DNA of 61,148 nt, the filler included. It is 7 parts of 7 records of this genome, joined end to end, with 100 filler letters (N's around TTAATTAATTAA, not from the genome) between each part and the next. Parts side by side here need not be neighbours in the genome. Positions count along the whole stretch, not along the records: positions 7,573 to 14,640 come from SRR31147125_28100; positions 14,741 to 28,500 come from SRR31147125_28113; 5 more parts are not named here. The stretch is one strand, 5' to 3'. Every line of letters begins with the position of its first letter. The stretch's first letter is position 1. The position numbers and the translations under genes were made by a program. The notes under the pieces are model-generated. The model did no database searches. It had not been told where the DNA came from and was given only the letters and a program-made list of their open reading frames with translations. Shown here one piece after another: positions 9,667 to 18,098 of the stretch.

Positions 9667-11624
9667 AAAGTCTTTCCCCTCCCTTTGTTTTGAACTATTG
9701 TATCTGCATTTTGTTTTACATAATTGAGCAGTCCACCTTGCAGCAAGATCTGCTGAAAACGATCTGAGATTGATATCGTTGTTACAAATACCGCTCCATT
9801 ATTCTTATTTTTTACAGTCAGTTTCCCAGATCCCAGGCTTCCATGGATATCCTCCACGATGAGGACGTCGCCCTGTTCAATTTCGTCGTACGCGGACGGA
9901 TCCTCAAAAACTAGAGGCAATATTCCGAAATTAATAAGATTGTTAAAGTGAATCCTAGCAAAAGATTTGGCAATCACTGCCTTGACACCGAGGTACATTG
10001 GAGCAAGCGCAGCATGTTCACGGCTTGATCCCTGTCCGTAATTCTCACCGCCAATTATAATGCCGCCTCCAGCGTCTTTTGCACGGTCCACAAACCTATC
10101 ATCCAAACGCTCGAACACATGCTGTGAAAGGGCTGGAATATTGGACCTCAGTGATAGCAGTTGTGCGCCTGAAGGCATAATGTCATCGGTTGAAATATTA
10201 TTGCCGGTCTTGATAAGAACAGTTTTCTCAAGGGTGTCCCCTACCGAATCGTTAAGGGGAAACGGTTTGATGTTGGGTCCTCTCCACACTGATACCTGTT
10301 CTGGATCTGGCGCGGGTCTGACAAACAGATCATCGTTGGTGAGATGAAATGCTGGCTCGCTTTTTCTTAGGACCGGACCGAAAGTCCTTGGATCTGTGAT
10401 TTTTCCGGTCAAAGCTGACACAGCAGCAGTCTCCGTGCTTGCCAGAAAGACTTCGGCATCAATAGTGCCACTCCTGCCGGTGAAATTGCGATTCGTCGTT
10501 CTTAAAGAAACCCCTCCTGTAGGAGGAGACATCCCGACTCCGACGCAGGGTCCACAGGCACTTTCTAAAATTCGGGCCCCTGCACCGACCAAATGCTCGA
10601 GCAAACCATCATGAGTGATGGTTTGTAGAACATTACGCGAACCTGGAGTGATAACAAGGCTGACATCAGGGTGCACTTTTTTGTCTTTCAGTATCGCAGC
10701 AGTTGTCGCCAGGTCAGAGTAAAATGAATTACTGCAACTACCTATTACAACTTGATTAACTGGTATTGAGCTAAGCTCGCTTATTTTCTTTACATTGTCC
10801 GGACTTGGTGGAAGTGCCACTTGTGGTTCAATTTCCGAGAGATCTATTCGAATCTGATCATCGTACTCGGCTCCAGGATCAGGGCCAAATTCCTGCCAGT
10901 CAGATTCACGATGCTGGGATATGAAGAACTCGCGCGTAATTTCATCGCTAGGAAATATCGAGGTTGTTGCACCAAGTTCTGCACCCATATTAGTGATTAC
11001 CGCTCGATCGGTTATACTGATTGATGACAGGGCGGGTCCGGTATATTCTAGTATTTTTCCCACCCCTCCTTTTACGGTTAGACGTCGGAGAACTTCCAGA
11101 ATGATATCCTTACCGGTCACGTAATCCGGCTTGTTGCCATAAAGATCGATATTCATGACTTCCGGCATCTTAAGATAATACGGTGCCCCTCCCCAAACCA
11201 CCGCAAGATCGAGGCCGCCAATGCCAATGGCAATCATCCCAACACCGCCGCACGTGGGGGTATGGCTGTCAGCTCCTAGCAATATCTGACCTGGAGAAGA
11301 AAAACGCTGCATGTGAAGCTGATGACAGATACCGTTACCGGCAGGAGAATATACGGCACCGAATTTACGGCTGAATGATTGCAGGAAGAGGTGTTCATCC
11401 GGGTTCTGAAAACCAACTTGGAGGGTGTTGTGATCTGAGTAAATTACTGCGACATCAACGGCTATTTTTGATTTGCTGATTGCTTCAAATTCCAGGCAGG
11501 CAGTAGCGCCTGTTGAATCGGGCAACAAAGTTTGATCGGCTCTGATTGCAATCTCACTACCAGGTATTGTTTCTCCGGTTATAAGATGTTGTTTGATGAT
11601 TTTTTTTGCTAGTGGATCTCTCAT
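9663..11624 (-). CDS. Aconitase-family hydratase/isomerase (small ~650-aa type, [4Fe-4S])
   Basis: 'GICHQ', 'GADSHT', 'GSCSN', 'CGPCVG', 'NRNF', 'GQGSSREHA'; ATGA overlap with the next gene. Confidence 0.92.
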   Translation of the reverse strand: MRDPLAKKIIKQHLITGETIPGSEIAIRADQTLLPDSTGATACLEFEAISKSKIAVDVAVIYSDHNTLQVGFQNPDEHLFLQSFSRKFGAVYSPAGNGICHQLHMQRFSSPGQILLGADSHTPTCGGVGMIAIGIGGLDLAVVWGGAPYYLKMPEVMNIDLYGNKPDYVTGKDIILEVLRRLTVKGGVGKILEYTGPALSSISITDRAVITNMGAELGATTSIFPSDEITREFFISQHRESDWQEFGPDPGAEYDDQIRIDLSEIEPQVALPPSPDNVKKISELSSIPVNQVVIGSCSNSFYSDLATTAAILKDKKVHPDVSLVITPGSRNVLQTITHDGLLEHLVGAGARILESACGPCVGVGMSPPTGGVSLRTTNRNFTGRSGTIDAEVFLASTETAAVSALTGKITDPRTFGPVLRKSEPAFHLTNDDLFVRPAPDPEQVSVWRGPNIKPFPLNDSVGDTLEKTVLIKTGNNISTDDIMPSGAQLLSLRSNIPALSQHVFERLDDRFVDRAKDAGGGIIIGGENYGQGSSREHAALAPMYLGVKAVIAKSFARIHFNNLINFGILPLVFEDPSAYDEIEQGDVLIVEDIHGSLGSGKLTVKNKNNGAVFVTTISISDRFQQILLQGGLLNYVKQNADTIVQNKGRGKTL

Positions 11625-11706
11625 AAACTTGTTCTCCCTGTACTTTCAATTCAGAGCATCATCGCCCTCAAGTTGTTTTTTCATAGAATAATCTGATATA
11701 TTTTCT

Positions 11707-12567
11707 TTAAAAACGGAATAACTTAGCCGGGTTCTCAACCAGTACCTGATTGCACAATTTCTCACTTGCGCACCAATTTCTAAGCGTTACCAGTTCCCTG
11801 GGGACATCGATATCCCTGAACGGCTCGATTTCTTCTACACTTCTGGCTGCCCGGTCTTTGCCGCCGCCGGTGTGCGGCCAATCTGAACCCCATATTAGCT
11901 TTTCAGGAATGGCTTGGATCAGCGCCAGAGCAAACTCTGACAACACCTCGCACCCTTTTTCATTGCCAGTTCTATAAGGAGCAGAAAACTTAATCCAAAA
12001 ATCAGAACTTACGAGAAAGGCAATGATCTCCTTTAACTCATTCTTTGACAGAGCATCTGATAAGCCGGCGAAATGATCGAGAATTATCGGTACATCAAAG
12101 GACTCAAGAACATTTCTATCTGAAAGCAGTTCTTCAACAGAGCAGTAAATCTGTAGTATAAGTTGAGATCCTTTGATGCAGGAGACCGTATCCCTTAGTA
12201 CCTCAGCCTTATTCTTCACCCCGGAACGAGGTGAAGACTCGAAATTGGCCCTCACTCCTACGACTCCCAATTGACATAAGCTATCCAGGAAGTCATCTGA
12301 CGTGTCCCGCGGATCAATCACGGCAATTGCTCGTGCTGCAGCTCCTTTATCGGACAACGCCTGAATCAGAGCGGTATTATCTGTACCATAGACGCTTGGC
12401 TGAACAAGGATCGTACGGGACACACCAAGACGGGCGTGGAATACAGAAAGGGATCGAAGATCTGCCTGCGCAGGTGTGTAAGACCTTCCCGCTTGATACG
12501 GGAATCGATCTGGATCAAAAACGTGCACATGTGTATCGCAACTGTAGTCCGGCAACTCGTATGCCAT
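11707..12567 (-). CDS. Amidohydrolase_2 family protein, lactonase-like (LigI/COG3618-type)
   Basis: 'DTHVHVF', 'VQPSVYGTDN', 'LDHFAG', 'KFSAPYR', 'WGSDWPHT'. Confidence 0.85.
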   Translation of the reverse strand: MAYELPDYSCDTHVHVFDPDRFPYQAGRSYTPAQADLRSLSVFHARLGVSRTILVQPSVYGTDNTALIQALSDKGAAARAIAVIDPRDTSDDFLDSLCQLGVVGVRANFESSPRSGVKNKAEVLRDTVSCIKGSQLILQIYCSVEELLSDRNVLESFDVPIILDHFAGLSDALSKNELKEIIAFLVSSDFWIKFSAPYRTGNEKGCEVLSEFALALIQAIPEKLIWGSDWPHTGGGKDRAARSVEEIEPFRDIDVPRELVTLRNWCASEKLCNQVLVENPAKLFRF

Positions 12568-12600
12568 ATTTTTTCAACTAGTTATTGTGAATAGTGCGGG

Positions 12601-12666
12601 TTGACACAAAATCATTGTTGTGGTATTTTGAATTATCGAAATACCACAGTGCACTGAGCTTTGCAA
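12601..12666. promoter_or_regulatory. Overlapping divergent sigma70 promoters with inverted-repeat operator
   Basis: Plus strand: TTGACA (12601)-17 nt-TATTTT with TGn. Minus strand: TTGCAA (12666-12661)-17 nt-TATTTC with TGn. Inverted repeat TGTGGTATTT-N10-AAATACCACA at 12619-12648. Confidence 0.6.
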
Positions 12667-12952
12667 CCGTTTTTTTATGCATTTATGATTATTACTAGTA
12701 CTAACTCACATTTAAGCAGATCAAACCAAAAGGATGGCAAAACAAGTTGCCCTGTTAGTTTAATGTTTTCCTTTTCGTATCCCACCTGCATTGTTAGGAA
12801 AGTTATGTTTACACTGAAGCGACATTTGGAGGACTTTGCTATAATGGGCTACTCTCTCTACGAGTGTGGGGTCGTTATCAGGGTGGATTCGTATGCCTGC
12901 AACACATCGCTAACCATCCTCACAGGAAAAAATTAAGACATGGAGGAATGTC

Positions 12953-13855
12953 TTGGCAACAACACCACTAGTCAATCAAGTAGCGGAACAAATCATTGAT
13001 TACGTCAACTCCGTACCGCAACCGAAGGGTATGCGTTTGGTGGAGCGGAAACTTGCCGAACAGTTCAAGGTTTCCAGGAGCCCCATCAGACGTGCGTTGC
13101 AACTGCTGGAAACAAAAGGTTTTGTAAAGCCTGAATTGAAAGGAGGCTATTCTGTTAGAACCATTAATGGGACTGTTCCACAGATTGAAATCGAAAATGA
13201 CCATTCAATTGAAGAGTTAACCTATAAATCTATTTCTGAAAATCTGCTAAGTGCAGAACTGCCGAGGCGCATTACCGAGAACGAATTATTACGACGTTAT
13301 AGGGTTACCAAAACCCAATTAAAAAGAATATTGAAACAAATAGAGTTTGAGGGATGGATCGAACCATTGCCGGGGCATGGCTGGCAGTTTATAGAGGTTC
13401 TCACTACCATGAAAGCCTACAAAGACAGTTACCGGTTCAGAAAAGTCATAGAACCGGCAGCAATACATGATCCATCGTTTCGACTCAATCGCCGTGAGCT
13501 CACCAAACGGCTCGAGGAACAACATGAACTTTTAAGGGGCAGAATCTTCAACATCACTGATACAGATATCTTCGAGCTCAACAGCACACTGCACGAAACA
13601 ATAATCGAGTGCAGTAATAACAGTTTTTTTATTAGTAGCTTGAAGCGTCTCAACGGCCTGCGGCGGTTGATGGATTACCGTCAAACGCTCAACAAGAAAT
13701 CCGCCACTGAAAGAACAAAAGAACACATCAACATTGTTGAATTATTGCTCGACAATAAACGCAACGATGCCGCTCATGCCCTTAACCTTCATCTCAGTCG
13801 TGCCAGCGAGGAAAAAACCAGAAAAAAAGCTTTTAATAAAGGGTTCCTTGAATAA
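12953..13855 (+). CDS. GntR family regulator with two wHTH domains plus FCD domain
   Basis: 'ERKLAEQFKVSRSPIRRALQLL', second HTH 'ENELLRRYRVTKTQLKRIL..EGWIEPLPGHGW', FCD-like 'NSTLHETII...EHINIV...HL'; TTG start with GGAGG RBS. Confidence 0.85.
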   Translation: MATTPLVNQVAEQIIDYVNSVPQPKGMRLVERKLAEQFKVSRSPIRRALQLLETKGFVKPELKGGYSVRTINGTVPQIEIENDHSIEELTYKSISENLLSAELPRRITENELLRRYRVTKTQLKRILKQIEFEGWIEPLPGHGWQFIEVLTTMKAYKDSYRFRKVIEPAAIHDPSFRLNRRELTKRLEEQHELLRGRIFNITDTDIFELNSTLHETIIECSNNSFFISSLKRLNGLRRLMDYRQTLNKKSATERTKEHINIVELLLDNKRNDAAHALNLHLSRASEEKTRKKAFNKGFLE

Positions 13856-14640
13856 TAGCCTTCAAAAATCTCCTTAAAACTCAACAAAAACAGGGTAAAA
13901 TCTCTGAAAAACGATTAATATCAGCATGTTGAATAACAACACAGGCCATAATCGTACTTTCAGAGGTAATACCATGCCCCAATTCGGACTTTTCGATTTC
14001 CAGAAACAACTCGCTCTCCTGGATAAAGCCGGAGATCCATTGATAGCGCTAAACAAGACGATCGATTGGGAACAATTTCGCTCAATAATTGAAAGAGCCA
14101 GGGAGAAACCAAGGAAATCCCCAGCTGGCCCCAAAGGATACGATTCCATTTTATTCTTCAAGATACTCATTCTCTAATCACTCTATAATCTCTCGGATGA
14201 GGCCATGAAGTACCAGATTCTTGACCGGTACTCCTTCTCCGGGTTTTTAGGTATTCGCCAGGGTGCCAGGGTCCCTGATGCAACTACCATTTTCAGATTC
14301 CGCGATGACCTTGCAAAAGCAGATGTCATTGATCTTCTCTTCAATAAATTTGACCAGCTCCTGCACGCCAATGGTTTCCGGGCCCAGAAAGGCCAAATCG
14401 TTGATGCCAGTATCGTTCGTGTACCGACCCAGCGCAACACGCGGGAAGAAAACAAGGATATCAAAGAAGGTAAATCCATATCATCATGGTCCAAAGCAAA
14501 GAGACGGCAAAGCGTTCTTTGGTTATAAGAATCACGTCAGCATTGATGCCGGATACAAGTTTATTCGCACCTACAAAGTGACTGATGCCAGTGTTCATGA
14601 CAGCCGGATCTTTACTGAACTGCTTGATCCGAGCAATACC
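13841..14640 (+). mobile_element. IS5-family element with inactivated transposase, truncated by contig end
   Basis: Transposase from ATG 13974 ('MPQFGLFD..GDPL..IDWEQFR', 'VPDATTI', 'GQIVDAS', 'GYKNHVSID', 'ASVHDS'); in-frame TAA at 14175 and a frame-shifting deletion near 14510; left end placed approximately. Confidence 0.85.
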
Positions 14641-14740
14641 NNNNNNNNNNNNNNNNNNNNNNNNNNNNNNNNNNNNNNNNNNNNTTAATTAATTAANNNN
14701 NNNNNNNNNNNNNNNNNNNNNNNNNNNNNNNNNNNNNNNN
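14641..14740. other. Artificial contig linker
   Basis: N44-TTAATTAATTAA-N44. Confidence 0.98.
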
Positions 14741-14980
14741 TCCCGAGGTCTCTTATCGGGAATCCATGGGGGGATGGGACCGTCTAAATCGCAACCCAAA
14801 ATCCAAAATTCTAAACCTTGAATCACCTGATTACCATTTGCATAATAATTGTCAACCCAATACAGTATTTCCCACCATTCCGCTCTTAAACACAAACAAT
14901 ACCCCCTACCAATCAAATCAACCTAACTCAAATAATAACAAAACCAAAGTCCCCCTTAGCAAATGGGGATTTAGGGGGTT
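14741..14980. repeat. REP-like palindromes at contig start
   Basis: 'TCCCGA ggtctctta TCGGGA' at 14741 and 'TCCCCCTTAGCAAATGGGGATTTAGGGGG' near 14950. Confidence 0.4.
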
Positions 14981-15052
14981 GTTCCGTGCCGCCATGAAAA
15001 TTTCCAAAACACCTGGATCTTAATGATTATTACGTTACCAACCCATAAATCG

Positions 15053-16303
15053 TTACAACTTTTTCAACGCCTGCTCAAAATCAGCTAAAAGATCATCTGC
15101 TTCTTCCAACCCCACAGACACCCGAATCAACCCATCGGTAACGCCCATCACCATCTGCAGATCCGGTGGGAAACTGGAGTAAATGGTCGAAGCCGGATGA
15201 ATAACCAGCGTTTTCGCATCCCCGATGTTTGCCAGTCGTTGCCCCAGGGTCACTTTATTCAGAACCTCAAATGCCCGCTTTTCCGATCCCACATCAAAAG
15301 TCAACAGACCACCGTATCCGCCTCTCAATAAGCGGCTGGCCGTTGAAAACCCGGGATCCTCTTCCAGGCCGGGATAAGACACCTTTATTACCTGTGGATG
15401 TTTTGCCAGAAACCGCGCCAGAGTCTCGGCGTTCTGAAAATGCTGCTTTACCCTCAACCCTAACGTCTCAAGACCGGATACATGCAGGGCCGCGTTATAA
15501 GGCGACAGACAGCCACCCAGATTATTAAACAACTCGGCGCGAATAAAGGTCAGCAGCGCCTTTTGTTTGGCGCTTCTTTTATAATCAGCCAAATAATCAT
15601 ATTTCGATATATCCCACTGTCCTGTTCCCAGGTCCACCAGGCAGCCGCCAATGCCGCGGCCCTGGCCGTCAATAAACTTGGAGCTGGATTGAACAACCAT
15701 ATCCGCGCCAAAATCCTTAGCCCGAAGCAGATAGGGCGTGGTGACCGTATTATCCACAATCAATGGCAATCCATGTTTGTGCGCCACATCGGCCAGCTCA
15801 TCTATGGGCGCCACATCCATTTTGGGATTACCAATGGTCTCGGTAAAAACAACGCGGCTGGAAGCATCGATCACCTCTTCCAGCTCATCCGGTTTTGTCG
15901 GATCAAAAAACCGGACGCTGATTCCAAATCGCGACATGGTTCGTCGAAAAAGAGAATACGTACCGGCAAACAAACTGCTGCTGGAGAGAATGGTCTCCCC
16001 GCTTCTCACAAAAGCAAGCACAGCACAACTGATGGCTGCCATACCGGACGCACAGGCAATAGCACCCACTCCATCCTCGAGCATAGCCATTTTTTTCTCG
16101 AATTGCAATACCGAAGGATTATTCAACCGCGCATAAATATACCCCGGCTCCTCACCCGCAAAAATATTAGCAAGCTGTTCCGCGCTCTCTGCCGCAAATG
16201 CCGTGGACAATACCAGCGGCGCAGTCGTGGCCCCGGTTTGTACATCCGGTTTATAAGCGTCATGCAGTAATCTGGTTTGATTTATATTTTTATGTTTTTC
16301 CAT
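15053..16303 (-). CDS. metY: O-acetylhomoserine aminocarboxypropyltransferase / Cys-Met metabolism PLP enzyme
   Basis: 'YIYARLNNPS', 'ASGMAAI', 'ETIGNP', 'VDNT', PLP lysine in 'SSSKFI', 'LANIGDAKTLVIHPAST', 'IRVSVGLE'. Confidence 0.8.
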   Translation of the reverse strand: MEKHKNINQTRLLHDAYKPDVQTGATTAPLVLSTAFAAESAEQLANIFAGEEPGYIYARLNNPSVLQFEKKMAMLEDGVGAIACASGMAAISCAVLAFVRSGETILSSSSLFAGTYSLFRRTMSRFGISVRFFDPTKPDELEEVIDASSRVVFTETIGNPKMDVAPIDELADVAHKHGLPLIVDNTVTTPYLLRAKDFGADMVVQSSSKFIDGQGRGIGGCLVDLGTGQWDISKYDYLADYKRSAKQKALLTFIRAELFNNLGGCLSPYNAALHVSGLETLGLRVKQHFQNAETLARFLAKHPQVIKVSYPGLEEDPGFSTASRLLRGGYGGLLTFDVGSEKRAFEVLNKVTLGQRLANIGDAKTLVIHPASTIYSSFPPDLQMVMGVTDGLIRVSVGLEEADDLLADFEQALKKL

Positions 16304-16430
16304 CCTGGACCTCAAATCGATTTTATTAACAATAAAAAGGCACCTTTTACAAAATTGTCAATTCCATTTAGCTAGTATCAACAAATCATTCGTGTGGATA
16401 ATTCGGTTCAAGGGGATATTATCTTTAAGA

Positions 16431-16673
16431 AACCACGAAACACACAAAAAGCACGAAAAAAGAGCATTAAAAACCACGGAAAACACAGAAAACAGAGAAA
16501 AAGAGCATTAAAAAATTTAACAGAAGGACAAAATTGGTACAAAATTGATCCATGAAGCGGGTGTCCTTGTCCTCCCGGGCACAGGTTAATTTACATGTTT
16601 TGGTGAATTGTTTTTTAAACACGATCAACAGGATAAAAAATTTATAAACCACTGAATACACGGAAAAATAGAG
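16431..16673 (+). repeat. Degenerate A-rich AACCAC-type repeats (two tandem 41-bp units plus a third copy)
   Basis: 16431-16471 and 16472-16512 share AACCACG...AAAAAGAGCATTAAA; related AACCACTGAATACACGGAAAAA at 16647; inverted relative at 17061-17079. Confidence 0.6.
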
Positions 16674-16788
16674 TTATTCATTTGTTTATATTTGTTTAAT
16701 GCCACATCCAAGTCTTATAAACATGAATCCAAACGAATTGTGCGCAATTCTTGTAAAAATAAGTCATTTGTCGTGAATGCGCAAGATG

Positions 16789-16819
16789 AATCCCCCATAT
16801 GTGGCATATATGGGGGATT
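16789..16819. repeat. Perfect 12-bp inverted repeat (hairpin)
   Basis: AATCCCCCATAT-gtggcat-ATATGGGGGATT. Confidence 0.7.
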
Positions 16820-16825
16820 GTTTGA

Positions 16826-16867
16826 TCCCTCGACTCCGCACGGTCCCTCGGCTCCGCACGGGATGAC
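16826..16867. repeat. Tandem 18-bp REP-like units
   Basis: TCCCTCGACTCCGCACGG / TCCCTCGGCTCCGCACGG followed by GATGAC; the reverse complement resembles the element at 16947. Confidence 0.65.
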
Positions 16868-16946
16868 TGGGGGGTGTTTAGATAGAATTGTATTAGCGGG
16901 TGCAGATTTGGGAGACGGATTGGGTGGGTGGGGTGGGTTGGGTTGG

Positions 16947-16974
16947 GTCAGGCTGAGCGGAGCCGAAGCCCCCC
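16947..16974 (+). repeat. REP-like element, copy A
   Basis: GTCAGGCTGAGCGGAGCCGAAGCCCCCC; 26/28 identical to 18071-18098. Confidence 0.7.
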
Positions 16975-17225
16975 GCCACCTGCCTACTGTCCGCTCCCGA
17001 CTTGTAAACCAGCGAGTTACTCACATTTTTTTGTCTGCTACAGTGCTCTCAAGCAGCAACATCTGCGTAATCTGTGGTTCAGACACCAGGTAACTATAGT
17101 ATTCCCTTCCGACATATTTTCGACAGGCTTTTGCGCTAAATTATATTTCCTGTTGTATAGCTACAATTTTGTTTGTATATTATTTGAGGAAATTAAGAGA
17201 CATATATCCAAATTGGAGTATTCAC

Positions 17226-17540
17226 ATGTCCCTTGCCGAAACAAGTTACGAACATATCATCCTTAACGAAAAAAAACAGGCGATCATTAAAGGTACAAAA
17301 ATCAAGGTTATTGAACTCGTACTTGACAAAATCGCTTATGGATGGAGCCCCGAAGAACTCCAATATCAACATCCTCAACTTACTTTGGGCCAGGTATATT
17401 CAGCCCTTGCCTATTACTCTGACCACCAGGAGATTTTTGACAAGGAGATCGAAACTCAATTAAAACAAATAGATAAATTGAGCGAATCCGCAAAAATATC
17501 ACCTCTCATCAAACGGTTAAAGGCTAAAAAGCTGATTTAA
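17226..17540 (+). CDS. DUF433 family antitoxin-like protein
   Basis: 'IIKGTKIKV..LV...GWSPEELQYQHPQLTLGQVYSALAYY'. Confidence 0.85.
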   Translation: MSLAETSYEHIILNEKKQAIIKGTKIKVIELVLDKIAYGWSPEELQYQHPQLTLGQVYSALAYYSDHQEIFDKEIETQLKQIDKLSESAKISPLIKRLKAKKLI

Positions 17541-17887
17541 TGGCAATCGGACTATACATGGATCATAACGTGCCTCGGGCGATCTCAGATGGACTGAAGT
17601 CACGTGGTATAGACGTCATTACATCATTTGAAGATGGTACAAGTGAAATCGATGATTCAGCACTTTTGGATCGGGCAACCGAATTAGAACGTCCAATATT
17701 CACAAGAGATTACGACTTGCTTCAGGAAGCGACAATACGCCAAAGACATGCTGTTCGCTTTAGTGGTGTTATTTACGCACATCAATTACGAGTTTCAATT
17801 GGTACTTATATCCATGATTTAGAGCTCATCGCAAAAGCCGGACATCCTGAAGATATGGAGAATAGAGTCGAATTCCTGCCTTTGTAA
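17540..17887 (+). CDS. DUF5615 PIN-like toxin (VapC45/Mut7-C-like)
   Basis: 'LYMDHNVP...GLKSRGIDV...DDSALL..A....R.IFTRDYD'; TAATG coupling to the DUF433 gene. Confidence 0.85.
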   Translation: MAIGLYMDHNVPRAISDGLKSRGIDVITSFEDGTSEIDDSALLDRATELERPIFTRDYDLLQEATIRQRHAVRFSGVIYAHQLRVSIGTYIHDLELIAKAGHPEDMENRVEFLPL

Positions 17888-18070
17888 TGCCTGGCAGCAT
17901 AACCATGATTTTTCTCACACGAATCACTGTACAATCGTCTTTGGGAGATTGGGGAATATGGAGTCTAATGACTGTGTCATTAGATTTTGCGGACCATGAA
18001 TTTCCAACCCAGGACCGAGGGTGAAACAGGGCCTCTGCCAACCACATCAAACTCAACCATGTCACTCCAA

Positions 18071-18098
18071 GTCAGGCTGAGCGCAGTCGAAGCCCCCC
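18071..18098 (+). repeat. REP-like element, copy B
   Basis: GTCAGGCTGAGCGCAGTCGAAGCCCCCC; abuts the nitroreductase stop codon. Confidence 0.7.

Noticed and set aside
7710-11624. Reading this cluster as housekeeping TCA (acn/icd) plus dapA lysine synthesis
   Set aside because: The aldolase has GSNSE instead of DapA GTTGE, the aconitase substrate motif is altered, and the lactonase plus dedicated GntR point to a catabolic operon
15482-16270. 262-aa ORF antisense to metY, and similar long antisense ORFs (29787..30419, 48245..48883, 54399..55106)
   Set aside because: Shadow ORFs opposite well-supported genes with no recognisable motifs
16393-16401. DnaA box (TGTGGATAA), and TTTTCCACA at 30961, as replication origins
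   Set aside because: Isolated single matches with no box cluster and no adjacent dnaA
16304-16430. SAM riboswitch or T-box upstream of the metY-like gene
   Set aside because: No SAM-I core or T-box consensus recognisable on the minus strand
16431-16673. A-rich repeats as a CRISPR array
   Set aside because: Units are degenerate and adjacent, with no unique spacers of constant length and no cas genes
16692-17266. ORFs 16692..17093 and 16928..17266
   Set aside because: They are translations of repeat, palindrome and G-run DNA with no protein-like features
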